From Mobula hypostoma (taxonomy: Eukaryota), in the NCBI RefSeq assembly GCF_963921235.1, contig NC_086108.1, forward strand, positions 10,292,001-10,356,000: a stretch of DNA of 64,000 bases. The letters run 5' to 3'. Numbering within the stretch: position 1 is the first letter of the stretch; each line of letters begins with the position of its first letter. Both the position numbers and the translations under genes were made by a program. Under the pieces are notes generated by a model. The model was not told where the DNA came from. It searched no databases and was given only the letters and a program-made list of their open reading frames with translations. Positions 37,610 to 49,784 of this stretch are shown piece by piece.

Positions 37610-37950
37610 GACGTTGTGGTGTTTGCCGAGCAGATATAGAAACTTGAAGCAGGCACAAAAATTTTTAGAAGCGTGGTACTCTTCTGATAAAATCCGTAAA
37701 CAAGCATATCAAAATAGACCCCCTAAGAACTCCTAAGAGCCAAGGAAACGCTAACCAATAGAATTCCAAGGTCAGCTGAAGGGATAGCCAATCAGGACCT
37801 AGGCAAGCTGACGGGGGACTATATAGGTGCAAGCTACCCCTTCAGTTGACCTTGGAATTCTATTACCAACCACGGCGCACTGAGGATGTCACCTCAATTG
37901 GTGATGAAATGTCTTCAGGCTAATTGTCAAGGTCAGCAAACTGCACAACA
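37610..37950 (+). mobile_element. Penelope-like 3' fragment with inverted repeat and hammerhead
   Basis: KFLEAWYS..VNKHI; inverted arms 37757-37788 / 37833-37864. Confidence 0.65.
37876..37920 (+). ncRNA. Minimal hammerhead ribozyme motif
   Basis: CTGAGGA-T-GTCACC-(TCAATT)-GGTGAT-GAAA-TGTC: 6-bp helix II. Confidence 0.7.
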
Positions 37951-38119
37951 TCAAAGGGCCATGTCCTGTCCAAGCTGAAAACAGTGATGGATACAGCCCA
38001 GTACATCACTGGCAAAGTACAGCATCCATTGAACACATCTACAAGGAATGTGGCAACAAGAAAGCAACATTCATCATCAAGGCTCCCACCCTAACGTGCC
38101 TTAGACTTTTGCAAGAGAT

Positions 38120-38535
38120 GAATAACAAGTAATGTTCATGGTTCATGGACTGTTCAAAGGTCAGAGTAAATTTTATTATCAGAGTACATATACTGCATGT
38201 CACCATGTACAACCCTGAGATTCATTCTCCTGTGGGCATACTCAGCAAATCTATAGAATAGTAACTCTAACAGGATCAATGAAAGATCAACCAGAGTGCA
38301 GAATTCACCAAACTGTGTAAATGCAAATATAAATAAATAGTAATAAAAAACAAAGACATGAGATAATGAGTTAAAGAATCCTTAAAGTGAGATTATTGGT
38401 TGTGGGGAACATCTCAATGTATGGGCAATTGAGTGCAGTTATCCCCGTTGTTCAACAGTCTGGTGATTGTGTTCAGAAAGCTGATGGTGGAGGGGAAGAA
38501 GTTGTGCCTGAATCATTGAGTGTGAGTCTTTAGGC
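38120..38535 (-). mobile_element. Rex1/Babar LINE 3' fragments
   Basis: Reverse complement of the shared 3' UTR and the TQRFRNSFFP-type coding end. Confidence 0.65.
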
Positions 38536-38929
38536 ATCTGTACCTCCTCCCCGAAGTCTCACATTATGGCTGAGAAATGGAGAAATGGAGTCGATCATGG
38601 GCTTGCTCCCCATTTCCAGGCTTCTTGGCCTTGAGGCCCCATGCTTTGCTTGAAAAGCAAAGCATCAGATCACTCAATGGCCTGAAAAGCACACCACCAA
38701 ATTCATATTTCCCCTTACCCTAATTAAAAGTTTTCTTAACTTGCCTGCTTCTATCCCTCTCCAATGCTATGGTAAAGGAGATAGAATTGTGATCACTATC
38801 TCCAAGATGCTCTCCCACTGAGAGACCTGACAGCTGATCAGGTTCTTTTCCCAATACCAGATCAAGCACAGCCTCTCCTCTTGTAGGCTTATCTACATAT
38901 TGTGTCTGGAATCCTTTCTGAACGCACCT

Positions 38930-39430
38930 GTTGGTAATGTTACAGCTATATAGGACCCTGGTCAGACCCCACTTGGAGTACTGAGCTCAATTCTGGTCAC
39001 CTCACTACCGGAAGGATGTGGAAACTATAGAAAAGATGCAGAGGATATTTACAAGGATATTGCCTGGATTGGGGAGCATGCCTTACGAGAATAAGTTGAG
39101 TGAACTTGGCCTTTTCTCCTTGGAATGATGGACAATGAGAGGTGATCTGATAGAGGTGTATAAGATGATGAGAGGCATTGATCTTGTGGATAGTCAGAGG
39201 TTTTTCCCAGGGCTGAAATGGCTAGCACGAGAGGGCACAGTTTTAAGGTGCTTGGAAGTACACACAGAGAAATGTCAGGGGTAAGTTTTTTACACACAGA
39301 GTGGTGAGTGCGTGGAATGGGCTGCCGGTGAAGGCGGATAAGATAGGGTCTTTTACGATTCTCCTGGATGGCTACATGGAGCTTGGAAAAATAGAGGTCT
39401 ATGGGTAACCCTAGGTAATTTCTAAAGTTC
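38930..39430 (+). mobile_element. CR1 3' RT fragment
   Basis: LYRTLVRPHLEY..RGDLIEVYKMMRG..TRGHSFKV. Confidence 0.85.
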
Positions 39431-40822
39431 AAAACCAGGGTAGACAACACAGTGGACTTGGTTTATACCAACACACCACAGGCATACAAAGCAGCCCCCT
39501 GCCCCCATCTTGGCCACTCTGACCACATATCTGTCATGCTAACACCAGCATATAAACCACTGCTTAAACGTGTGAGAGCAGAGAAAAGAGAGATAAGGGT
39601 CTGGCCAAAAGGAGCAGCCTCAGCACTACAAGACTGTTTTTTGCACACAGACTGGGACATATTCAACACAGCAGCCTCCTATGACGACCATACCGACATT
39701 GAGGAGTATGCGAAGGCAGTAATCAGCTACACAGCCAAATGCACGGAGGATGTCACTGTGATGAGAACCTTCACCGCACGTGGTTATAAAAAGCCATGGA
39801 TGATAACAGAGGTGCGTTCACTACTGAAGGCCGTGACACAGCCTACAGATCTGGGGACAGGAGTGCTTCGCTCAGCCAGGTCTGCACTTTCACTAGGGAT
39901 CAGGAAAGCGAAAAGGGCCTACGCGGGCAAAATACACGGACACTTCTGTGACACAGGTGACACCAGACGGATGTGGCAGGAAATTAAAGCTCTGACAGAC
40001 TACAAGATCAGGCAGAAAACTGATGACAGCGACGCCTTTCTTCCAGACAGGCTTAACAATTTCTTTGCACGCTTGGAAGCATCAAACACTACAGCAAGGG
40101 GGACACCCAGTCCCTTTTTACCATCTGACCAGCCGGCTCCAATCATTGATCCAGAGCAAACACGGAGGACCCTTGCCAGGGTCAACGCACGAAAAGCGGG
40201 AAGTCCGGACAACATCCCTGGACCTGTGCTCAAGAAATGTGCTGATGTATTAGCAGATGTCCTGACAGATGTTTTCAACATCTCCCTTAGTCAAGCTATT
40301 GTCCCCAGATGCTTCAAAGCCTCCACAATCATCCCTGTAGCAAAGAAATCAGTTGTAGCCTGTCTGAATGATTACCGTCCCGTTGCCCTGACCCCCACAG
40401 TGCTGAAATGTTTTGAACGGCTTGTCAAGCCTCATATCACAGCCAGCCTCCCCTCATCGCTGGATCCTCTGCAGTTTGCTTATCGTCCAAATCGCTCTAT
40501 GGAGGACGCAATATCCACCACACTGCACACAGTTCTCTTTCACTTGGACAACAAAGACACTTATGCCAGAATCCTGTACATTGATTTCAGTTCAGCGTTC
40601 AATACCATCATCCCGCAGACTAGTGGAGAAACTGTCGCTGCTTGGCCTTAGCACTGCCATGTGTCGCTGGATTCTGGATTTCTTGACAGAGAGACCACAG
40701 TCAGTCCGTGTTGGCAGGAACATCTCTGACTCCATCACACTGAGCACTGGATCCCCACAAGGCTGTGTGCTTAGCCCATTGCTGTTTACACTGCTAACAC
40801 ATGACTGTGCAGCCAGATTCAA
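39430..40822 (+). mobile_element. Rex1/Babar LINE internal fragment (EN C-terminus + RT N-half)
   Basis: ORF 39452-40651: [43 protein letters not shown]. After a frameshift: [13 protein letters not shown]. Truncated before FADD. Confidence 0.92.
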
Positions 40823-40889
40823 GGATTCTCTATCACCTGCCTATCCTCCCTCTCGCACTGTCTCCAGGCTCTCTCTATTTGTGAACCAA

Positions 40890-42190
40890 CAGCTCCTTCC
40901 TCCATCTCTTCAGTTCAGTTCCCATCCCCCAGCAATTCCAGTTTAAACTCTCCCCAACAGCCTGAGCAAACCTCTCTGCCAGATATTGGTCCCCCTCGGA
41001 TTCAAGTGCAACCCATTCTTATTGTACGGGTCACGCCTGTCCCAAAAGAGGTCCCAATGATCCAGAAATCTGCATCCCTGTCCCCTTCACCAATCCCTCT
41101 GACACGCATTTATCCTCCACCTCACTCTATTCCTATACTCACTATCACGTGGCACAGGCAGTAATCCCAAGATTAATACCTTTGAGGTCCTGCTTCTCAG
41201 CTTCTTTCCTAACTCCCTGTAGTCTGTTTTCAGGACCTCCTCCCTTTTCCTACCTATGTCATTGGTACCAATATGTACCACGACCTCTGGCTGTTCACCT
41301 TCCCACTTCAAGATATTGTGGATTGATGAGAAACATCCGAGACCCTGGCACCTGGGAGACAAACTACCATCCGTGTTTCTTCCCTGCGTCCACAGAATCA
41401 CCTGTCTGACCCCCCTCTCACTGCTGCCATCCTCTTCCTTTCCCTACCTTCCTGAGCCACAGGGCCAGACTCTGTGCCAGAGGAGTGGCCACTGTTGCTT
41501 CCCCCGGTAGGCCGCTCCCCCCAACGGTACTCAAACAGGAGTACTTACTAAGGGAACAGCCACAGGGATGCTCTCTAATATCTGACTCTTGCCTTTCCCT
41601 CTCCTGACTGTTACCCACTCATCAGTCTCCCGAGGCCCCGGTGGGACTACTTGCCTATAGTTCCTGTCTATCACCTCCTCACTTTCCCTGACCAGATGAA
41701 GGTCATTGAGTTGTATCTCCAGTTCCCTAACCCGGTCCCTAAGGAGCTGCAGCTCGACGCACCTGGCGCAGATGTGGCTGTCTGGGAAGTTGGGAGTCTC
41801 CCGGACATACCACAACTGATACCCAGTACAGAACTCCGGCCTCACAGACAAACTTCCTATTCTTATTCTTCACAAGAAACTTGCCTCGACTCGACCCGTT
41901 ATTGCCTAAGCCTTGTTGAGCCAAAACCCTGCTACTCTGACTCCCTCTACTGTGATACCCGCTCTATAAAGCTGTCTTCTTTTTAAATTCTTCCTGCCGG
42001 TCTAAATCACCTGACGTCCATATGCCTTCTCGGTTGTGCTTCAATCAAATTGCTGAAGAAAAAACGTTCTCCTTTTAAATTCTTCCTGCCGTTCATGTGC
42101 CTGCTCTGCCATGCCTCGATCAAACCGCTGAAGAAAAAAATGCTCTCCTTTAAAATTCTTCCTGTGGGTCTAACTCGCCTCGCAGTCGTA
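40890..42190 (-). mobile_element. CR1 5' region: ORF1 (zinc finger/leucine zipper + SGNH esterase) and repeat-containing 5' UTR
   Basis: HICARCVELQLLRDRVRELE, WVTVRR, VVVHIGTNDIG, GLLPVPR; three ttttaaattcttcctg repeats. Confidence 0.88.
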
Positions 42191-42602
42191 CCTCGATGAT
42201 TTATTGGCAGATGACAGTTGAGCTGTGTCGTAGTGAGTACTAGGCCTCAGGCCGTGGCGTCGCTTGTTTACAGCCGCCCAGAAAAGGCGTCAGAGTTGGC
42301 GCACTCCGCCAGAGGAGGTGTGGTGTGCCATCCAAGCTGGAGTCAGTGCTGCCCCCCAGTGTTCACTCAGCAGATGACAAGCTGTATTGTGCTCGACTGC
42401 AGACTGTTGCAACATTCATGGTCTCAGGGTCTTGGACCACATATTTTTTGTGTGACGGTATTTTACTGATATCGTAAATATGCTTTCTATTTTGTACCTG
42501 CTGCGTATTCCTTGTACTGTGTATGACTGTTTGTACTGTGCATTGCAACTTGGCCCTGGAGTAATGCTGTTTTATTTGGCTCTCTCAATGGGTATTTATG
42601 TA

Positions 42603-43064
42603 TGAGGGGCGGTTGATAAGTTCGTGGCCTGAGGCAGAAGGAGTCAATTTCAGAAAACCTAGCACATTTATTGTTCCACATAGTCCCCTCCTACATTTAC
42701 ACACATAGTCCAGCGGTCATGGAGCATACAGATCTTGGATCTCCAGAAAGTGTCCACAGCAGGGGTGATTGATAAGTTTGTGGCCTAAGGTAGAAGGAGA
42801 TGAGTTATACAGCTCTCGTTACATGCACGTGCAGTTCAACTCTGAGTGATTATGCAGAAAGTTTGAAGTTAAGAACTCATCTCCTTCTAACTTATCAATC
42901 ACCCCTGCTGTGGACACTTTCTGGAGATCCAAGATCCGTATGCTCCACGACCGCTGGACTAAGTGTGTAAATGTAGGAGGGGACTATGTTGAAAAATAAA
43001 TGTGCTAGGTTTTCTAAAATTGATTCCTTCTACCCTAGGCCATGAACTTATCAATCACCCCTTG
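42603..43064. mobile_element. Palindromic mariner-derived MITE
   Basis: TA flanks (42601-42602, 43065-43066), ~200-bp inverted arms; right arm encodes the mariner C-terminus RWTKCVNVGGDYVEK*. Confidence 0.9.
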
Positions 43065-43094
43065 TATGGTTGTATGACAATTAAACTTGGACGA

Positions 43095-43945
43095 GAGATT
43101 CATTTTATTGCAGGCATTTACAGGAAAATGAAGAAATACAACAGAATTTATGAAACACTATAGCTACCAAACATCCAATGTTCAAAAGAGGGCAAATTGA
43201 GGCAAAAAAAATCTAAGTAAATAATACTGAGAACACGAGCTATGGAATCCTTGAAAGTAAGTCTGTGGGTTGTGGAATCAGTTCTGAGTTGAGGTGGGTG
43301 AAGTTATCCACACTGGTTCAGGAGCCTGATGGTTGTAGGGTAATAACTGTTCCTGAACCTGGTGGTGTGGGACCTGAGGCTCATTGTGGTGAGTGAAGTT
43401 ATCCACACTGGTTCAGGAGCCTGATGGTTGAACTATTCATGAACCTGGTGGTGTGGGGCCTGAGGATGCTGTACCTTCTGCCAGAGGGTAAGTTAGAAGG
43501 GAGCATGGTTGTGGACCTTCATGGTTGATGCTGCTTTCCTGTGGAAGCGATCCCTGTAGATGTCATAGAGTCATAGAATCATAGAAAAGTACAGCACAGA
43601 AACGGGCCCTAGTTCGTGCGAAGCCATTTAGGCTGCCTACTCCCATCGACCTGCACCAGGATCACATCCATTCATGTTTCTGTCCATACCTCTCTTAAAT
43701 ATTGAAATTGAGTTCACATCCATCACTTGTGCAGCAACTCATTCCACACTCCCACCACCCCCTCAGTGAAGAAGCTTTCCTGCATGCCCCCCTTAAACTT
43801 TTCAAATCCCCCCTAAATCTTTTACATTCCAATGAATGAAGTCGTAACCAATTTAATCTTTCCTTATTACTCAGGTCCTCCAGACCTGGCAATATCCTTA
43901 TAAATTTTATCTTTACGCTTTCAACCTTAGTTACATCTTTCCTGT
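43095..43945 (-). mobile_element. Rex-type 3' fragment (43095-43565) followed by CR1 3' fragment (43565-43945)
   Basis: Shared tails; ILPGLEDLSNKERL on minus. Confidence 0.7.
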
Positions 43946-44057
43946 GCTCAATGTGGGAATTAATGGGAATCTTTAGAATGACATGCGGTGACAAGCGGGC
44001 TACTTACAGGTATCAATGATTGGTTCCTACTTATTGCTGACATTTATCACGGTGACC

Positions 44058-44180
44058 AATTAACCCACCAACCCATGCATTTTTGGGATGTGGGGTGACA
44101 TCAGAGCACCTGGGAGAAACTGACCCAGTCTCAGAGGGAACGTGCAAACTCCACACAAATAGCATTGAAGGTTAAGCTGG
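44058..44180 (-). mobile_element. V-SINE fragment
   Basis: Reverse complement of gtgtggagtttgcacgttc..tttctcccaggtgctc (V-domain-like). Confidence 0.55.
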
Positions 44181-44775
44181 AATCAATCAGGTTTAATATC
44201 ACCAGCATATGCTGTGAAATTTGTTGTCTTGCTGAAACAGTCCAATTCAATGTATAATAATAGAGAGAAAGTGAAAAATGGGAATTATAGTAAGTATGTA
44301 TATTAAAAAATTGTTAACTAGTGAAATCAAATAATTAGTGCAAAAATAAAAGTAAAAAAGTAGTGAGGTAGTGTACATGGATTCAATGTCCATTCAGAAA
44401 CCAGATGGCAGAGCGGAAGAAGCTGCTTCTGAATCATTGAGTGTGTGTCTTCAGGCTCCTGTACCTCCTTCCTGATGGTAGCAATGACGACAAGGCATGT
44501 CCTGGATGTGGGGGGTCCTTAATGATAGTTTTTGAGGCATCTCTCCATGAAAAGTCCTGGTTACTTCAGAGGCTAGTGCCTATGATGGAGATGACTAAGT
44601 TTACAACTATCTGTGGCTTATTTTGATCCTGTATGGTAGCCTCCCCCCACCCTTCATACCAAATGCTGATGCAGCCAGTTAGAATGCTCTCCACAGTACA
44701 TCTGTAGAAATTTGCTGGAGTCTTTGGTGACATACCAAATCTCCTCGAACTCCAAATGAAATATACTCTGCTGTT
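44180..44775 (-). mobile_element. Rex1/Babar LINE 3' fragment
   Basis: NFYRCTVESILTGCISIWY, plus 3' tail. Confidence 0.8.
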
Positions 44776-44792
44776 TTGTCTGGATCTCTTGA

Positions 44793-44949
44793 GCAACACA
44801 CATAAAATGCTGCAGGAATTCAGCTAGTCAGGCAGCATCTATGGAGGTGAATAAATATTTAATGCTAAAGGGTCTTAACCCAAAACAGCAAATGTCTATT
44901 CCTTTCCATAGATGCCGTCTGACTTGCTGAGTTCCTCCAGCATTTGTGC
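44793..44949. mobile_element. Palindromic Penelope-tail element with decayed central hammerhead
   Basis: aaatgctgcaggaattcagc..gcatctatgga inverted to tccatagatgc..gctgagttcctccagcattt. Confidence 0.6.
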
Positions 44950-45104
44950 ATAATAATAGAGAGAAAGTGAAAAATGGGAATTATAGTAAGTATGTATATT
45001 AAAAAATTGTTAACTAGTGAAATCAAATAATTAGTGCAAAAATAAAAGTAAAAAAGTAGTGAGGTAGTGTACATGGATTCAATGTCCATTCAGAAACCAA
45101 AGGA

Positions 45105-45470
45105 GTGCTGCATCCGCAGGGGCCTTAGTATTATCAGTGGTCCCACTCATCCATCCCGCATCCTCTTTGACTTTCTACCATCAGGCAGGAAACTCTGATG
45201 CATAAAGACAAGAACGGTCAGGATGGGAAACAGCTTCTTCCCTCAGGCCATTAGGTTTCTGAACTCCCTGCCGCATCGCATTCGAAGTGTCACTGGTTAA
45301 TCTGTTCCATACTTCACAGTATTTAATTTATGCACTTCACTTTGTTGATCTATGCATGATTCATTTGTAAATTTAACTTTCCTAAGTTATTGTGTGTTAT
45401 GTATGTGTTATGTGTACTTCTGTGCGGTACACCCGGGTTCAGAGAAACATTGTCTCATTTGGATCTAAAG
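45105..45470 (+). mobile_element. Rex1/Babar LINE 3' fragment
   Basis: PTHPSRILFDFLPSGR..GNSFFPQAIRFLN. Confidence 0.7.
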
Positions 45471-45529
45471 TAAGTATCTATATATATAGTGTATATATAA
45501 GATACAAGTAAGTATCTATATATATACGT

Positions 45530-45533
45530 GAGT

Positions 45534-45582
<49 letters not shown>
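45530..45582. repeat. (TG)n microsatellite
   Basis: Direct observation. Confidence 0.95.
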
Positions 45583-45585
<3 letters not shown>

Positions 45586-45820
45586 AATAGATAAATAGGG
45601 GGGAATAAGCTGTTCCTGAATCGTTGAGTATTCACTACACTCTGGCTAAAGAAATTCCACCTCATCTCTGTCGGAAAGGGACATCCTTGTATTTAGAAGT
45701 TGTGCCCTTGGGTCCTAGACTCCCCGACTCCCTCTAGACTTCTAATGCCCTCTGGCACAAGCAACAATGCCATAATGAAATCGAAATGGAAATGAACTAG
45801 CAGTTGATGTTTCGGGTCAA

Positions 45821-48338
45821 AGGAGCAGAAGTAGGCCATTCGGCCCATCGAGTCTGCTCCGCAGCTCCCCCATGAGCTAAACTATTCACCCATCTAGTTC
45901 CAATTTCCGGCTTTTTCCCCATATCCCTTGATACCCTGACTAATTAGATACCTGTCAATCTCCTCCTTAAACACCCCCAATGATTGGGCCTCCACAGCTG
46001 TATGTGGCAACGAATTCCATAAATCCACGACCCTCTGGCTAAAAAAATTTCTCCTCATCTCTGTTTTAACTGGGTACTCTCTAATTCTAAGACTATGGCC
46101 TCTTGTCCTGGACTCACCCACCAGGGGAAACAACCTTTCCACATCTACTCTGTCCAACCCATTCAACATTCGAAATGTTTCTATGAGATCCCTCCTCATT
46201 CTTTTATACTCTAATGAATACAGTCCAAGAGCTGACAAACGTTCCTCATATGTTAGCCCCTGCATTCCAAGAATCATCCTCGCAAATCTTCTCTGAACTC
46301 TCTCTAACATCAGTACATCCTTTCTAAGATAGGGGGCCCAAAACTGCACACAGTATTCCAAATAAGGTCTCACTAATGCCCCATAGAACCTCATCAACAC
46401 CTCCTTACTCTTATACACTCTTCCTCTTAAAATGAATGCCAACATAGCATTCGCTTTCTTTACCGCTGATCTAACTTTGTGGTTAACCTTTAGGGTATCC
46501 TGCACGAGGACCCCCAAGTCCATTTGCACTTCCGATTTTTGAATTTTCTCCCCATCTAACTAATAATCTGCCCGAGTATTTCTTCTTCCAAAATGTACAA
46601 CCGTACATTTGTCAATGTTGTATCTCATCTGCCATTTCTTTGCCCACTCTCCTAAACTGTCTAACTCTCTCTGCAACCTTTGTGTTTCTTCAACATTTCC
46701 TGCTCCTCCACCTGTCTTGGTGTCATCCACAAACTTAGCCACAAAACCATTTAATCCATAATCCAAATCATCAATATACATGGTAAAAAGAAACGGCCCC
46801 AACAGCGATCCCTGCAGAACACCACTAGTAACCGGCAACCAATCAGAATAGGATCCCTTTATTCCCACCCTTTGCTTTCTGCCTATCAGCCAATGCTCCA
46901 CCCATTCCAATATCTTTCCTGTAATTCCATGGGCTCTCATCTTATTAAGCAGCCTCATATTCGGCGCCTTATCGAAGGCCTTTTGAAAATCCAAATACAC
47001 AACATCCACAGCCTCTCCCTTGTCAATCTTATTTGAGATTACCTCAAAAAATTCCAATAGGTTGGTGAGGCAGGATCTTCCCTTCATGAAACCATACTGG
47101 CTTCAGCCTATCTTGTCATGCACCTCGAGGTATTTCATAACCTCGTCCTTGGAGATTGACTCCAATATCTTTCCAACTACCGATGTCAGACTAATAGGTC
47201 TGTAATTTTCTTTTTGCTGCCTCCTTCCTTTCTTAAATAGCAGAACTACATTTGCAACCTTCCAGTCCTCCGGAACCATGCCAGAGTCTATTGATTCCTG
47301 GAAGATCATTTCCAATGCTTCCACAATCTCCAAAGCCATCTCCTTCAGAACCCTTGGGTGCACCTCATCCGGACCGGGAGACTTCTCTATTCTTAGTCCA
47401 CTTATCTTCCCAAGCACTTTCTCTCTAGTAATCTTGACTGTACCTAATTCTATTGCCTGATACCTCTGGCTATCAGGTATATTGCTCATGTCTTCTACTG
47501 TGAAGACTGATACAAAATACTCAATCAGTTCCTCCGCCATCTCTTTGTTATCCATTATAATTTCTCCAGCATCATTTTCAATCGGTCCCGTATCTACCCT
47601 TGTCACTCTTTTACTCTTCATATATTTAAAAAAACTCTTAGTATCCTTTTTTATGTTAATCGCCAACTTCCTTTCATAATTCATCTTTTCTTTCCTAATG
47701 ACTTTCTTAGTTTCCTTCTGTAAGTTTTTAAAAGTCTTCCAGTCCTCATTTTTCCCACTAATTTTTGCTTCCTTGTATGTCGTTTCTTTTGCTTTTATTT
47801 TTGCCTTAACCTCTCTCGGTAGCCACATTTGTGCCATTTTTCCATTCATGATTTTCTTTTTTCTTGGAATATATTTTTCCTTCATTTTCCTTATTTCTTG
47901 TAGGAATTTCATCCAATTCTGCTCTGCCGTCCCTCCATCTAGCTTACTTTTCCAATCGACTTGGGCCAGTTCCTCTCTCATACCACTGTAATTTCCCCTG
48001 TTCCACTGAAATATCCATGCACCTGATACCAGCTTCTCCTTTTCAAATTTGAAACTGAACTCAGTCATATTATGATCACTACTTCCAAGGGGTCCCTTTA
48101 CCTCCAGCTCCCTAATCGCCTCAGGTTCGTTACACAGCACCCAATCCAAAACAGCCGGTCCCCTGGTGGGCTTCTGGACAAGCTGCTCCAAAAAGCCATC
48201 CTGTAGGCATTCTACAAACTCCCTCTCCTGAGATCCATTACCTTCCTGACTTTCCCAATCCACTTTCATATTAAAATCCCCCATAATTATCTTGACATTT
48301 TCCTTCTGACACACTTTTTCTATTTCCAGCTGTAACTT
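45821..48338 (-). mobile_element. CR1 LINE, 5'-truncated, ORF2 in three pieces
   Basis: ORFs 47103-48314 (MGDFN, SDHN, KSPGPD), 46560-47087 (KFVDD) and 45894-46529. Confidence 0.95.
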
Positions 48339-48341
48339 AAA

Positions 48342-48740
48342 GTTCGAGACCCTTCTTCAGGATTGGAAATGAAGGGGGGAAGATGCCAGAATATAAAGGG
48401 GAAGAGGGAAAGGAGGACAGGTGAAGGTGTGGGAAAGGAAAAAGGTAGGAGAAGAAAAAATCTGACAGGAGAGGAATGTGGACCACAGGAGAAAGGGAAG
48501 GAGGAAGGAACCCGGGGGAGGTGAATAGGTAAGCGCCCAGAGTGGGGAATAGAAGAAGAGGGAAGGGGGAGGAGAATTACTGGAAGTTGGAGAAATTGCT
48601 ATTCATGCCATCAGATTGGAGGCTACTGAGATGGACTATAAGTTGTTGCTCCTCCACCTTGAGAGTGTCCTCATCGTGGTGGACAAGGAGACCCTGGAAC
48701 GACATGTTGGAACAGGAATGAGGATTGGAATTAAAATGCA
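48342..48740 (-). mobile_element. Penelope-like 3' fragment
   Basis: DEDTLKVEEQQLI..LQSDGMN; partial hammerhead CTGAAGA-AGGGTCTCG at the end. Confidence 0.75.
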
Positions 48741-49074
48741 CTTCTGCATCTCTACATGTCTCCATAGATGCTGCCTGACCTGCTGAGTTTCTCCAGCATT
48801 TGCTGTGTGTTGCTCTGGATTCCTAGCATCTGCGGAATCTGTTGTGTGCGTGTGTGCAATATTAATAGCATCTTTGCCGAAAACTGTGCCTGGTGAAATG
48901 GTTTCAGGATTGTTTTACTGAAATGATAGCTTGCAGTGGAGTGATACAGAAAGGAATCAGGTCTGGGATATTACGGTGCATCCGCAGAGAAGTTGAGCAT
49001 ATGATCTTGCCCTGGTGCAGAAATGCAGAGTTGCAGAGGGACGTAGAGATGCAGGGAAGGAGCAATACAGAGGG

Positions 49075-49575
49075 GGATCTCCAAAGAGATCCTGCCACTA
49101 AACATATCTTTAACTCCCCGTCCCTCTCCGCTTTCAGCAGGGATCACTCCCTCCGTGATTCCCTTGTCCACTCATCACACCCCACTAATCACCCTCCCGG
49201 CACTTATTCCTGCAAGCGGTCAAAGTGCTACACCTGCCCATTCACCCCCATTCAGGGTCCCAAACAGCCCTTCCAGGTGAGGCAACACATCACCTGCGAA
49301 TCTGCTGGGGTTGTCTACTGTGTCCGGTGCCCCGGTGGCAGCCTCCTCTACATTGGTGAGACCCGTCACAAGTTGTGGGACTGCTTCATCGAGCACTATT
49401 GCTCCCCCTGCACAAAGTGGATCATCAAAAGCCCAGCATCTTAATTCCAATTCCCATTCCTCTTCCGACGTGTTGGTCCATGGCCTGCTCTTGTGTCACG
49501 ATGAGGCCACTCTCAGAATGGGGAAGCTACACCTTATCTTCCTTCTGCACGGCCTCCAACGAGAAGGTGTGAATA
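49075..49575 (+). mobile_element. Penelope-like GIY-YIG endonuclease fragment
   Basis: LQRDP..AFSRDHSLRDSLV..CKRSKCYTC..TCESAGVVYCVRC..YIGET. Confidence 0.9.
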
Positions 49576-49784
49576 CAGAGAGGAGGCAGGTTTGGGACTG
49601 GACAGCACCTCCCATGGCAGTGCAGGTGGCCAGAGAGATTCAGCATACAAGTTTACTCCAGTTGAGCAATAGATCCATACTGTACGGCACTATTGCTGAC
49701 ACCTGAGAGCAAAAGCATTTTACTCATTCACCTCGTAGAGATGACTTTATTTCATGTTCCCCGTGACGGATGCCTGTGAGCACT

